Source: Heteronotia binoei (taxonomy: Eukaryota). Taken from it: 64,000 nucleotides of DNA. Shown piece after piece: positions 12,960 to 26,480 of the stretch. A program made the translations under genes and the position numbers. The notes beneath the pieces are model-generated. The model saw only the letters and a program-made list of their open reading frames with translations. It made no database searches and was not told the DNA's origin. The stretch's first letter is position 1. Every line of letters begins with the position of its first letter. The stretch covers positions 58,590,001 through 58,654,000 of the forward strand of contig NC_083230.1 in the NCBI RefSeq assembly GCF_032191835.1, given 5' to 3'.

Positions 12960-13654
12960 TCCCACTGGTCCTTGTGAGTTCCCACTTGTATATACTATTT
13001 ACATGTTCATTGTATTCTCTATTCCTATGCACTTGTATACTGTTTATTTCTGTAAATATGTATGTAACTAATTTTCCCCATTAGTTACATACAATTAAAG
13101 CAGCAGGGAGAATCTCCACTTTAACTTTGCATAAATGCTTTAATTTGGAAAATAAAATAGTCCTCACCCACTCTTGCCTTTTCTCCTTCTCCACCTACTC
13201 GCAAAATGTGATTGACAAGCTGTCATGTCAGTTTTGAACGTAGAAGGCTGGTCCTTGGCTGATGAGTGGAAATATGTTTATTGCTGTATAGTTTAGAATT
13301 TTATTACAACCACATTCTCATGGTAATTGGCCTGCTTTCCTTTCCCACTAGGAGTGCCTGAAGGGTTGGCTCTGGCTTAAAGCATAAAGTTTTCCATTGC
13401 CTCTGGATTGATCCCAAACTGTCTGCTTTATATAACCATTTAAGCATGGAGAATGTGTAGGGGCTCATAGGATTCACTTGAATCCCACCTGCCCATTCTC
13501 TGTCTTGCAAGGTGTTGATAGGAAGCAGTGAGACAAAACGTTTTCTATTATTTCACTTTTATTGCTTCACCCTTTCAAACAGAAACATTAGTTGTACCAT
13601 TCTGTTCATGTAGTGATGTGTAAGTGGAATTCTGAAGATGTAACTATTAGAATT

Positions 13655-14199
13655 TTTTTTTTGCTCCTTGGGAGGACAGCTATGGCAAACCTGAGCAGTA
13701 TAATAAAAAGTAGAGACATCATCCTGCCAACAAAAGTCCGTACAGTCAAAGCAATGGTATTCCCAGTAGTAATGTATGACTGTGAGAGCTGGACCATAAG
13801 GAAGGCAGAGCACAGAAGAATAGCTGCTTTTGAGATATGGTGCTGGAGAAGAATCTTGAGAGAACCTTGGACTGCAAAAAGATCCAATCAGTCAGTCCTA
13901 AGGGAAATCAACCCAGACTGTTCCCTGGAAGGTCAGATGATGAAGATGAAGCTCAAATACTTTGGCCACCAAATGAGAATGGAGCACTCCCTGGAGAAGA
14001 TCCTGATTCTGGGAAAGACAGAAGGCGAAAGAAGAAGAGGACGGCAAAAGATGAGATGGCTGGACAGCGTTACTGATGTAACAAACACGGATTTGAGCAG
14101 ACTTCGGAGGATGGTGGAAGACAGGGGGGCCTGGCATGACTTTGTCCATGGGGTCGCAAAGAGTCGGACTCAACTGTGCGACTGAACAACAGCAACAAA
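13655..14199 (+). mobile_element. RTE/BovB LINE, 3' fragment
   Basis: LLGRTAMANLSSIIKSRDIILPTKVRTVKAMVFPVVMYDCESWT...MKLKYFGH...RWLDSV; (CAA)n-like tail. Confidence 0.93.
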
Positions 14200-14422
14200 T
14201 AGTGTTTTAAAATGGGTGGGGGTTCAAGAATTGTCTCTGACATTTTTTTTCCATTAGAAGAATTGTATAAGTACTTGCATAACATCTTACCTCAAACCTC
14301 CATATGTATTCACCTCATCTAGATATGTATTCACCTCATCTATGTCTTTCATATCTTGTCACCAGGTTTTATGGCAGTAAAAAAGAAATATGTAAGTTGA
14401 GCTGTTTCTGTAGATCAGAACA

Positions 14423-14703
14423 CAGATTTGGTAAAGTGGTTAAGAGCAACAGACCCTAATCTGGAGAACTGAGTTTGAGTCGCCATCCCTCCACATATAG
14501 CCAGCTGGCTGACCTTGGATCAATTACGGTTCTTTCAGAGCTGTTCTCTTAAGAGCAGTTGTTTCAGAGCTCTGTCAGCCTCACATACCTCACAGGGTGT
14601 CTGTTGTGGGGAGAGGAAGGGAAGGAGATAGTGAGCCACTCTGATACTCCAAGTGAAGGGCAAGGTATAAATCCAATTTACCTCCATCTTTTCCTCCTCC
14701 TCC
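14423..14703 (+). mobile_element. Squam3-like tRNA SINE
   Basis: GGTAAAGTGGTTAAGAGC head, CTAATCTGGAGAACTGAGTTTGAG, CCTCACAGGGTGTCTGTTGTGGGGAGAGGAAGGGAAGG, CT-rich tail. Confidence 0.8.
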
Positions 14704-15124
14704 ACAACCTGGTGCCTATCGATACGTTTTCTGGTATCTACTTTTTTCTTCCCAAATCAAAGAACCAAACCTGTCTTTCTTCCATTTCACTGGAGCTGGA
14801 GGTGCTTCAGAGGAACCCAGAAGGTATAACCTTTCTGTCAGCCAGGTGTACCCATTTGGAAATAGCTGCTTCATTATAAGCTTAGTATCTCCCAATGCAT
14901 AGTGATTGGTGTCAGCCTCCAATGGCTTCCATTTGGTGGTGGTAGCCAGTGCTTCTGTTCTCAAAATACTAGAAGTGCTCACAGGCTCAATACAGTTGAG
15001 ACCTCAGTTGTATGAGAAGCTTAAGTAAAGAGATTTTCCTGCCCCCCCCCCACCACCAAAAAACATTTCTCAGTGAATTCATGACATCAGAAACACTTTC
15101 ACTTCCCTGAACCTTCCCAATACA

Positions 15125-15443
15125 TAGGGCTGGACCTAGACTGTTTGGCACCCTAGGCAAGGCTAACTACTTGTGCCCCCTGCACATGGGCTCATAGGAT
15201 AGAATGGAGAGATTGGGGGGCCACTGCAGCAAGACCCCAGAGAAAGAGTTTAAAGTTTAAAATCTCTTATCTAACATCATGCTGCAGCTGTTTATGTTGC
15301 TGCTCATGCAGGGCCAGACCTAGACTGTTCGCAAAAGCAGGAAGAAAGCTCTGCTGGTCTGGGGGGGGAGGGTCCTTCTGTGCCCCTGGATCGGCGGCAC
15401 CCTTGACAATCACATAAGTTGCCTAGTGGGAGATCCAGTCCTG
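15125..15443. mobile_element. hAT-like MITE remnant(s)
   Basis: AGGGCTGGACCTAGA (15126) and CAGGGCCAGACCTAGA (15309) left ends; AGATCCAGTCCTG right end. Confidence 0.5.
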
Positions 15444-16251
15444 CCAATATCGTTCACAAAATCTGCACTGAATTAAGGAAAGCAGCCAAGACTAAGAACT
15501 GAGAATACAGTCCACGTAGGCTAATTCCATTTTACATTATACATTTTGCTCCTAAAATAGTGAAAATACTATTAAGCTAAGAGATTTTCTTTTTAGCTAG
15601 AATGTTGCTTCCCTCCCACCACCACCATGATAACATCATCTACCTTTTTCAGCAGAACAACACTCTGTCTTAATCAACTTCTACTTGTAGCAGAAAGCAA
15701 AACAAAAACAAAAAAACCCTGTGATTTAAAGTAAGCCAAAACATTTATGCAATATAGAAGGCACTGCAGCTCCAGCACATAGTCACAGCAATTGCTCCTG
15801 CTATTACTGTTTCTCCAGAAAATTCAGTCCCTCTTTGCCCCAGGCTTCCCTTCCCATACCTAGGTTTTCCTTTTGCATAATGAATATTGATTTAGTCAAC
15901 TCATGCATGTGATCACTCTAAACTAATTAGAGGTTATTTCTGAAGCCTTAATTATCCCTTCCCACACACAAACATACCGGAGGAAAAATGTTAAGGCAAA
16001 TTATCCATGGCTTGAAAGCCACAAGCAGCATACTGCGTCATCCTATTGCAAAAGAAAGGCTTACTGGCCTTGAAGCAAGTCTCTTTAGATCTGTGGAGTA
16101 AGAAAAACCTCAACAGAATTATGAAGGGCCTACCTAAACCTTCCTGTCCATGGGGAGCCATGATACCAGAAATTCCCCATCTCTGCCCAATGTCAGCAGA
16201 AAATGAAAAGCATGGTCACAGAAGACTGCTAAAACTCTCAATGCCAAGCCA

Positions 16252-16274
16252 TGTGTGTGTGTGTGTGTGTGTGT
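16252..16274. repeat. (TG)n microsatellite
   Basis: Direct read. Confidence 0.95.
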
Positions 16275-16705
16275 ATACACACCCTAATACAAATGTTAAT
16301 AGCTTTTTTGTACAGTAGACATGATAATTTGTTTGCTGCCTGTTATCTACACTGTTTGGCTATATAGTCATGTATGAAATGGTAGACAGTAGGGGTGTGC
16401 AAAAAACAACCATTTTTTTCTGGTTCGTAGGTACGTTTAACCCAAAAAATATCAGTATTTTTTGATATTTCCAAATCTCAATGTTGGTATGGTATACTAT
16501 TTGGATTCGGGAAATATTTGGGAAACCTGGATTATTTCAGCTCCCATTATACCCTATTGAGACCATTGTAATCAATGGTCCCTGTGAGCCACATATAATG
16601 GAGAATCAGTCCTGGAGTATTTGGGGCTTGGGGTGATGTTACAGCAAACAGGGAGACCTCAGCGATAGATATGGCACGGCCCCTTGACAATGGGCTCCCA
16701 AAGTC

Positions 16706-17790
16706 TGTGTTGTTGTTGTTCAGTTGCACAGTTGAGTCCAACTCTTTGCGACCCCATGGACAAAGTCACGCCAGGCCCTCCTGTCTTCTACCATCCTCTG
16801 AAGTCTACTCAAATTCGTGTTTGTTACATCAGTAACGCTGTCTAGCCATCTCATCTTGTGCCTTCTGTCTCTCCCATCATTAAGATCTTCTCCAGTGAGT
16901 GCTCCCTTTTCATTTAGTGGCCAAAGTATTTGAGCTTTAGCTTCAGCATCTGACCTTCCAGGGAACAGTTTGGGTTGATTTCCCTTAGGACTGACTGATT
17001 GGATCTTCTTGCAGTCCAAGGGACTCTCAAGATTCTTCTCCAGCACCACAGCTAAAAAGCATCTATTCTTCTGCACTTGGTCTTCCTTATGGTCCAGCTC
17101 TCACAGTCATTCATTACTACTGGGAATACCATCACTTTGACTATATGGACTTTTGTTGGCAGGTGATGTCTCTACTTTTTATTATACTGCCCAGATTCGC
17201 CATAGCTGTCCTTCCAAAGAGCAAACGTCTTTTAATTTCATGGCTACAGTCACCATCTGGAGTGATCTTGGATCCCAGAAATGTGAAGTCTGTCACTACT
17301 TCCATGTCTTCCCCTTCTATTTGCCAAGTTGTGATGGGGCCGGATGCCATGATCTTAGCTTTTTTTATGTTGAGTTTCAAGCCTACTTTTGTGCTCTCCT
17401 CTTTCACCCTCAACAAGAGGTTCTTTAGGTCTTCCTCACTTTCTGCCATTAGAGTGGCATCATCTGCATTTCTGAGGTTGTTGATGTTTTTCCCGGCAAT
17501 CTTAATTCCGGCTTCTGCTTTATCCAGGTCAGCATTCCGCATGATGTATAAATTAAGTAAGCAGGGTGACAAAATACATCCTTGTTGAACTCCTTTTCCT
17601 ATTCTAAACCAATCAGTTGTTCCATATCCCGTTCTGACCGTTGCTTCTTGACCCTTATACAGGTTTCTCAGGAGACATGTAAGGTGGTCTGGTACTCCCA
17701 TCTCTTTAAGGACTTGCCACAGTTTGTTGTGATCCACACAGTCAAAGACTTTAGCGTAGGTCAATGAAGCAGAAATAGATGTTTATCTGA
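16706..17790 (-). mobile_element. RTE/BovB LINE, 5'-truncated
   Basis: YAKVFDCVDHNKLW, GVQQGCILSP, NLRNADD on minus; (TTG)n tail at 16709. Confidence 0.95.
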
Positions 17791-17849
17791 TATTCCCATG
17801 CACCCATTCACTATTGTGGCATTTCCTAAAGTCAGGGTCGCGGCCCAGC

Positions 17850-18425
17850 ACTAAGCCACGGAGCCTTCAACGCCGGTCCACAGGGCCTCCAGTTCCCTGG
17901 CCGCCCCTCCCCCCGCCTTCCCTCGCATTGTGCATCCCTCCTCCGCGTCTCGTGCCTCCGCATCTCCTTCTCCCACCCTTCCCCACCTCAGGCAGGTCAG
18001 TTTCATGCTGCGCAAAGCCCTTCCCCCTCCCCGACTGATCACTCAATCGTTAGGAAATCAGCACAGAGCTCATTCCACAGCAGGCCAAGCCGGCGGCAGC
18101 TCAAACACACCACAGCCGAAAAGGGTGTGTGGCTATTCTGTCCTCCCTCCCTGGCACTTCCTTCCCATCCAAGAAGTGCCGGGGAGGGAGGAGCCATGCC
18201 TCCTTTTCAGCTGCAGTCTGTTTGAGCTGCTGCCAGCTTGGCCTGGTGTGGAATGAGCTCCGCGCCAATTTCCTAGCGATCGGGCCTTCGGGCAGGGTGA
18301 GGGGCTTTACGCAAGATGCAACTGACCTGCTTGTGGTAGGGAAGGGAGGGAGATGACCAGTGGGGGAGGCACAATGTGGGAGGTCTGGAGACTCCGCAGC
18401 CCAGCATTGAGGGCTCCGTGGCCAG
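17850..18425. repeat. Long imperfect inverted repeat (foldback/MITE-like)
   Basis: Arms ~17850-18115 and ~18210-18425, e.g. GAGCTCATTCCACAGCAGGCCAAGC vs revcomp GAGCTCATTCCACACCAGGCCAAGC. Confidence 0.8.
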
Positions 18426-18562
18426 ATTTCCCATTGAGAGAGAGCAGTTTTAAAGGTGAGTTGCTCCCGTTTCTTTTCTCTTTCTTCCTTTTGTCCCATC
18501 TTTCTTTCACTCTTTCCCTCCCTTTTCCTTCCTTCCTATTTCCTTTCTCTTTCTTTTTTCTA

Positions 18563-18708
18563 NNNNNNNNNNNNNNNNNNNNNNNNNNNNNNNNNNNNNN
18601 NNNNNNNNNNNNNNNNNNNNNNNNNNNNNNNNNNNNNNNNNNNNNNNNNNNNNNNNNNNNNNNNNNNNNNNNNNNNNNNNNNNNNNNNNNNNNNNNNNNN
18701 NNNNNNNN
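18563..18708. other. Assembly gap (146 N)
   Basis: Direct read; preceded by a CT-rich low-complexity run. Confidence 1.
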
Positions 18709-19835
18709 GAGTAGACCTGGGATGGGGGAAGCTTTAAATACCCTTCCATTTCATGTTTTCCCAGGCTGCTATTTCATGTTTTTCCAGGCTGAGAGCATTT
18801 TATATTTTTAGTTTTCTGCTGTGTTGTCCTTGTGCTTTTTCATAATGTTTTATTTTTAAAATTGCATTGCAAAATCCCACTATTCTTCTACCTTTCCTAA
18901 ACAAAATATTGCAAGAGTTTTAGGCTTGTTTGTACATAATTTCCTGTCTCCCGACTCCACCCTCAAAGTCTCTTGGTTCCACCCCCAAATTTTAGTGGGC
19001 TACGAAGGAGAAGGAGGGGGGAAGTTTGGGAAACCCTGCTCTATTGCTTTCAGTTGAGGGAGAAAGGGGCATTTAAAGAAAATGTGAAGTAAGCCACTTT
19101 GGGGTCCAGTTAGGGAGAAAGAAGAGATATAATGAAGTAAAATAATACATTTACTTCCACACTTTCTCCTCTCCAAATGTCATTCCTTCCCAAATATGCA
19201 AAATGAGTTTCTGCTCTTTCAGTGGGGGAAGCAAGTGAACACACGTATGGGGGAAAAATAGCTGATGTACAGGAGAAGGTACACATGCATTATGGGAAGA
19301 ACTGTGTTTGTCTGGGGGCTTTTAAGACAGTGTCCAGGCATGTAAATGTTGGGAAAGTACCTAGAACTGTCACTGATTAGACACTAAAGCAAGGTGCTAG
19401 TAACAGATAGTGCAGTTTCCATGTTATTTTGCCCTGAATTAATATTCTGTGCTAAAGTCGTATATAGACTTCCCATGAAATTCCATTCATAGTGCTGTGG
19501 AAGACCCACTACTACCCAAACATACCTTCCACCTTCCCCCCATACCTCCCAAAACAAAGCTGGACATGACTTTGTACATAGTTTTCATACTTGGACTTTC
19601 TGTCTTGCATGTCAGAAAGGCCTTGATATCCAGAATTTACTCAGTTCATGCTAATTCTGTTCATCCTAGCTGTCTTTGATCACTGCCATTCTCTAGGTGC
19701 TTCATCCTATTGGAAATTCATGAATTCTAAACTGATTTTTTTCATTAAGTAGCTGGAAGTTTTTCAGCTACAACTTAATTTTCATCTGAAAAACTTCTAG
19801 CAATCAGTAGCTTTCTTGTTATTCTTTTTCATTTG

Positions 19836-20001
19836 TGGTGGTGGTGGAAAGTACAGTGAAGTGGTTTGCAATTGCCTGCCTCTATATAGCAACCCTGAAC
19901 TTCCTTGGTGGTCTCCCCTCCAAGTACAAACCAGGGCCAACCCTGCTTAGGCTTCTGAGATCTGATGAGATCAGGCTAGCCTGGGCCATCTAGGTCAGGG
20001 C
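19836..20001 (-). mobile_element. 5S rRNA-derived SINE (5S-Sauria-like)
   Basis: Minus strand reads ...CCTGATCTCATCAGATCTCAGAAGCCTAAGCAGGGTTGGCCCTGGTTTGTACTTGGAGGGGAGACC (5S boxes A, IE, C), then GGCAATTGCAAACCAC. Confidence 0.85.
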
Positions 20002-21074
20002 AGATATTCTATTCTCTTCTTGTTGCATTCCACAGACTCTGTCTTGTCCCTGTACACTTGATATTGCTAATAGGTGTTCAGCCATTCTGTTGTCTTTAAG
20101 ACACTTGATTTTTTTTCTCATAAATGTCACATTTTCTATAATCTACTACACTGAACATTGCCTTCTTCACAAGCCTCTTGCTGACGGCGTGGAATCTTTT
20201 TTGTGGTTTAGCGGCAGTGTTACTGATATCAGTACCATTGTTGTTATTGCTGCTATGCTCATTCCAGATGAGAAGCAGGTCTTTTGTTTGTCTTTAAATA
20301 ATGGGTTGACATCTTTGGCACTAAACTTTCATAAAACAAAACATGTAACTGAAGAACCCTGCTGTTTTTAAAAGCCTCTCCATTAGCCTCTTCCCCCAGG
20401 ATGTTCTTGTAAAATCAGTAATGCACAATACAAATTGTTGTGATTTTTTTTCTCATTTGTTAGCATTGTGCTGAATATTAATCGAAGCAACTAAAGAAGC
20501 AACAGCTTTCGTTTAGTCCTCTGTCAAAGAACAGTGCTACTATGCATAGCCAACAGCCTCATCTAAATCCACCAAACAACATCCTCTCACAGGGTCCTAG
20601 AGCTTGCAAGGCCAAAGGGTTATTTTTGAGAAGGCTTTTCATGGGAAATTACAGAAAGGTTTCTCTTTGTGCCCCCTTTTAAAAGCATTTCTGGCACAAT
20701 GGAACAGTGATATACAGATGCTATGTTCTCCCTATGGTATGCACTGTTGTAGACAGCTGGATTATATGACAAGCAATAGATCTGTGTTGCAGTAGTTCAC
20801 TTTCTGCCAGTGTAGTGACCCAGATCAGGCTTACTTTCCTATAATTAACAGCCCCCTTTACTTGCCTAGTCTGCTTTAAAGCCTTTGAAGCAAACACCTC
20901 TTTTTCCTCCAACAAGTCCCTAGAACTGCATTCATTGTCCATGGGTAGCCCGAACCAGCAATGTGTGGAATTCAAAGTATCTATAACTCACTAGGGGGTA
21001 CTGAAGTTGACTTAACACCTTTGTTTCTATCTTTATTTATGTTAAACTTTTACAAATTATATAGGAATAATGAC

Positions 21075-22010
21075 CATTTTTAAAAAAGATGAACTATTGC
21101 TGTTTCTGACATCCACAAGCATTGGAGGGTGAGACAAGCCCCCCCTCATGGGCGACAACAATCACATTGCATTGGACCATAAATTTGTTATTCTCATCAG
21201 GGTGTTGCAAAATGGGCTCATTAGTAAACAAGCATTTCAAATGTTCAAAAGCCTGCCAGCATTCCGGAGTCCACACTAACTTAGCCCTGGTTTCTTATAC
21301 TCCAGCCCCTTCCCTTTAGTTTTCAATAAGTCTGTCAGGGGAAGGGCCACCTGGGTAAAGTTCTTAATGCACACCCTATAGAAATTTGCAAAACTGAGGA
21401 AAGATTGAAGTTGTCGCCTTGTTTGGGGGGGGCTGCCAGTCTACCATGGCCCGCACCTTCTCTGGGTCCATCCCTAAGACCTTCTCCAAGACTCAGTAGC
21501 CCAGTTCCATTTTATGGAACTCGCATTTAGACAGCTTGGCAAACAGTTTGTGTTTATACAAGGCTTGCAAGACTTCCCACACCAATTTCACATGCGAGTT
21601 GAGATTGTTTGAATAGATAAGCACATCATCAAGCTCAACGACCATGCCCTTATATAGATATTTCCTCAGTACTTTGTTTATCAAGTTCATAAACACCCCA
21701 GGCACCCCTTGTAATCCAAATGGCATGACTAAGTATTCAAATTGGACCAGTAGGGTGTTGGAAGCATTTTTCCACTTGTCTCCCTCCCAGATGCACACCC
21801 AGTAGTAGGCATCCCTGAGGTCTAACTTGGGGGAAAAAATTTCCCTTGCATCACCACATTTAACAAGTCTTTGCTCAATGGAATGGGATAGGCATTCAAC
21901 ATTGAGACCGCATTGATGCCTTGGTAATCAGTAGACTGTCTTAAGCCTCGGTCTTTCTTCTTCTGGAAAAGGATTGGGGCAAGTTTGTGGGTCAAATGAA
22001 GCCCCATTCT
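21075..22010 (-). mobile_element. Ty3/Gypsy pol fragment (RT to RNase H connection), decayed
   Basis: APILFQKKKDRGLRQSTDYQGIN, FEYLVMPFGLQG, VELDDVLIYS, KLFAKLSKCEF, WTPECWQAFEHLKCLFTNEPILQHPD. Confidence 0.92.
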
Positions 22011-22970
22011 AAGAACTTTTGTAGGTTAATATATATAATATTCAGTTTTGAATCTTAATTTGATATCTTCTCCAAAACTATTTATCACATGCCATTCTGA
22101 TTTTCATCTAATCTGTATTCCTCATTTATTTAGTTCATAGTTTTCTTGTTGTTTAGCAAGAGCTGTTGTGTCTTTTTCAGTCTTGATAATCTCATACTGG
22201 AGCTGTGCTAGTTTTCCATTTAAAGAGGAATTATTAATCTAGAGGAACGTTTAAGAATATGATCCTTCCCCTGCAGTCTGAAGTGGTACAGTCAATTCTA
22301 CTGCCTCAGCTTTATGCTACTTCATGTCTCTCACATGGTTCTGCTTGTCTGGACCAAGACTTAACTAGTACCCATCACCCTCTCTAATTTTGTGGCAAAC
22401 ACGGTAGTGCTTTTGTGCTACTCATTGTCTCTATGGCATGGATAAAGGATGCAGAAGATATGTTCATTTCTGTCATTAGCATTCTCTGGTGTTTGCAATA
22501 GACACTGTTGCCTTTGAACCTGTCTCTGGAAGAAGCACGGAAGAGAAAAAGCATAACTCACTGAGATTATTGTTTCTTGGAGTTTTGTGTGTGAGAGAAG
22601 AAAAACAAACCTGAATAGCAGAAAGCACATTATTCATACTCAGTAATCAAAGCAGGCAGTTTGTGACCCAGTAGCTTTCCTGTCAAGCAGAGAGACTTCA
22701 GAGATCTCTAACAGGCAAGCATTTCAGTGCAGAGGCAAATTAATAACAAGCCCTCTTCTGTCTGTTTGCATAATATTAATTTTAGAATGCACAATTGTTT
22801 GGCAAAGTTTCATTATTTGAACCATTCCTTTGCAACTATATCCAATTTTTATCTTTTGTAACTATAGACATTGTTAACAATGCAAAATATTGTTTCTCTC
22901 CTCCTTCTTTTGGCTCAAAGATTATCCTCATTAGAGAACTCACTGCCTTAACCAGAATGCCATTACCTAA

Positions 22971-23330
<360 letters not shown>

Positions 23331-24184
23331 TGATTCATCAGCAAAAAATAAGGGACATTTTATACTCTGCAGCACTGTACTCTGGGAAACACATTGATAG
23401 GGGAACAGATTTATTGACCATGGCTCTGCAATCATGAGGAAATTAGTTTTGCCATTTTACCCTTTTTCACATTAATTAATTTATCTCATTGCATGTGACT
23501 TGAGGACAAAAAGGTAATATGCATAGCTCTGATATCAAGCTATGCAGCTACCTCAGTTCGTATATGTATAAAATAAATATATTTGAGAATAGATAATCTA
23601 AAAGAGGGAAGACAATATTTCAGTTTGAGCACCTGAAAGCATGGTGTACCATCAGCTACTACAGAACTTTACAGAGCTTGATGCAGTACAAGAATTGAAG
23701 CAGTGTTTCAAGTGTACACCAAGTAGATACATCAACTCATATTCATTGTAATATTGGTTACCAAGGGCAGAGTTGGCTACAGAGTGTTGCCTTTACACAT
23801 GCTCTTTGCAAAGTTAGGGATTCAAAGTCAGGATATATGCAAGTACAATCTTGTAGATGATATTTTGGGTTTATTTTATCTAATTTATTATATGATTTAT
23901 CAGATTTTTTAGATAATGTATTAGAAAAGTAATTTAGAAAGTTTTAAAACTGACACAACCTATGTTTGATCTTTATCAAACATATTTAAGCAGAAAGAAA
24001 AAGTGAGAAAGGAGAGGAAGTAACAAAAACAATGCAATAAAATAACACCAGGAATGGGAAATACACTAAAATTTATAAATCACATAAATTCAAATCATTC
24101 AGATTGGGGAACAATCAATCAACAAGCATTCTGAACAATTCCTAATGAAAACTGCCCCATCTAAGAATGTAAGAACATAAGTAG

Positions 24185-25170
24185 AGCTGGAGAAGGTGGG
24201 CCATGCAGTTAATGCACCTCAGGCCCACAACTTGTGTCACTGCTCTAGTGTTGGCATGGCCATCAGTCACCATGAAGCCCATAAAGATGTCCCTGACTAC
24301 CTACTCCACTGTCTCCCGATGGCAGTAGAGATGTTGTCTGCCATGTGCATGTAATCAAGAATGCTGGTGTGGAGTAAAGCCTTATGGCAGCCAGCCCAGT
24401 GGCCCACGGTCTCACTCTGTATAACACTGGTCCCCCCCCTTCAAAACTGTCAGCTTTCCACCAGTAATAGGTACACATGGTGTGCCTAAGGGCAGGCCTA
24501 GATATCGGATGTGAAGTGCACAGTTCTCCCATGAGCACAGGACAACAGTGCCTCCACATAGTCTCTGACAGCCCTATACAAAGAAGGGAATGTGGTCTTG
24601 TTCTGCATGGTACAAGCAGGGACCATGTACCAAGCACAGGAATCCTGGAACAACCTGCATAAGTCAACATCTTCTCCTGTGGAAAAGGGCTGGTCATCTA
24701 GGGTAATCATCTTGCCAATGAAGCAAGTGGCCCTTTTCCACTTGGCACCCTAGTGTCAGCCTCACCAAACATCTCAGTATGAAATAATTGACATCCCTTC
24801 CATATAGGAGATCAGGAGGACAGAGCACCAGAAATGGTCACAGAACAATTCCCCTCTTGACTGGCTGGCAGGTGTGCAACCATCCCACCAGCCTCTCTCC
24901 CCTGACAACGCACCAGCAGGCATTGCTTATTCAGATGATCTCTGAGGCCAGTAGTTGAGGGATGACCCAGGTCTCTCCTGCAACTGATCTGGGCCCTACA
25001 CAGCTGGCACTGCACAAAATGGGGATTCTCCATCCTCTGAAAATGCTTCCAGACTGTGAAGGTGTAGGGGCATCCAAGCTGGCTACAGAAGCTGCCACCA
25101 ACTGTGAGGAGCTCAGGGCAGACAATCTAAGGAGACAGAGACACATGTCTGAGGCAGAAGGGGTTGAGAT
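24185..25170 (-). pseudogene. hAT (Ac/ZBED-like) transposase fragment with BED finger
   Basis: VWKHFQRMENPHFVQCQLCRAQIS...STTGLRDHLNK; MITLDDQPFS...VHFTSDI; GFMVTDG; NCMAHLLQL (CxxH). Confidence 0.9.
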
Positions 25171-25637
25171 TAGGGATGGATATGAACTGAAATATGAACC
25201 ATGGTTCACACATGAACCATGCCAATTCATGTTTTTTGAACCACCAGTTCATGAAGTGTGCCTCCAATGAGCAATCCCTTAACCTCCAGGGATGGTCTGT
25301 GCCTACCCTTAGCTTCCCCACGCACCATGTGGGTGCAAGCACCTGGAGAAGGCAAGGGAACTGCTCCCCCACCCTTGCTTCCCCAAGGCTTCTGTCCTGG
25401 AGAAGGCAAGGGAAAGCAGCTTGAACTTGAAGCTGGGCAGCCCAACAAAGCCCCAACTGAGCGCATGGAGAAACCTCTCTCCCACAGTATCAGTTGATTT
25501 GTGGGCTCTGCTGTGGGCTGAGTCTCGGAATTCCCAGGGAACAAAAGCCACTCTAGGCAGGGCATCTGGGCTGGAAGTGCAAAGGGGTTTACTCCTGAGT
25601 AACTGAATGGCATTGCAGCATGACTTTCAAGTGAACA

Positions 25638-25925
25638 GATCCAGGTGGGCAGCCATGTTGTTCTGAAGCAACAAAACAAAGTTAGAGTCCAGTGGCACCT
25701 TTAAGACCAAGGAAGTTTCATTCAAGGTATGCGCTTTCCTGTCTCTCCATCCCCACCAATCAGTCCCCCATTGTTCCCATCAAGCAGCATTGTTCCCATC
25801 AAGCAGTCCCCCATTGTTCCCATCAAGACTTTCCAGTGCATGCTCTGTGAAGAAGTGTGCATGCACTGGAAAGTTTATACCCAGAATCAAACTTTGTCTT
25901 AAAGGTGCCACTAGACTCAAACTTT
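25638..25925. mobile_element. Penelope remnant with inverted pLTR pair
   Basis: GAGTCCAGTGGCACCTTTAAGAC (~25685) vs GTCTTAAAGGTGCCACTAGACTC (~25896); 3x ATTGTTCCCATCAAG; degenerate hammerhead core. Confidence 0.75.
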
Positions 25926-26349
25926 TATAAATGTCAAAATTTTATAAATTTCAAAGAGAATAATTTTGTATATTAACTAAAGTATAAATGATGGGGTTTG
26001 TGTTGTATTTTACTGAGGAGTAAAATAAGTTTAGGCTTGATCGGAAAGTAAGTATTGCATATACTACCAAGTTTTTCTCCTGAAAGTTCAATTTTTCCCC
26101 ATAGCTTCTACATTTGCACATTTTTAACATGTTAGTGTTGATGTTACTGTTCTGTAAAAGGCAGCCAAATTAAACCAGCCTTGCTGTGTCAGACCTGAGA
26201 ACCTGGTTAAAAGAAATAGCATGAGGAGGTGTTTTATTTTTATTAGTTACATCCCTACTTTCTTTTGAGCTTTTTGACCTTTCCCTTCTTCTGTTTGCAT
26301 CTTCACAACACCCTTATAAGGTAGTTGGGTTGAGAAGAACAAGTCTAAG

Positions 26350-26480
26350 GCTAGATCAAAGTTTGAGTCCAGTGGCACCTTTAAAATAAATACAATATAA
26401 TTCTGGGTATAAGCTTTTGTGTGCATGCACACTTCTTCAGATACACATGTACACTTCTTTGTGTTATTCTGAAGCAATGG
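26350..26480 (-). mobile_element. Penelope pLTR remnant with mutated hammerhead motif
   Basis: Minus strand GTAT-CTGAAGA-A-GTGTGCATGCACAC-AAAA-GC-TT-ATAC at 26444-26407 (GAAA changed to AAAA). Confidence 0.75.

Noticed and set aside
19905-20001. Functional 5S rRNA gene (also ~59095-59190)
   Set aside because: 5' end and body diverged and fused to a SINE tail; no array.
20090-20371. 93-aa ORF and an open minus frame (WNEHSSNNNNG...)
   Set aside because: No recognisable domain and no convincing splice sites.
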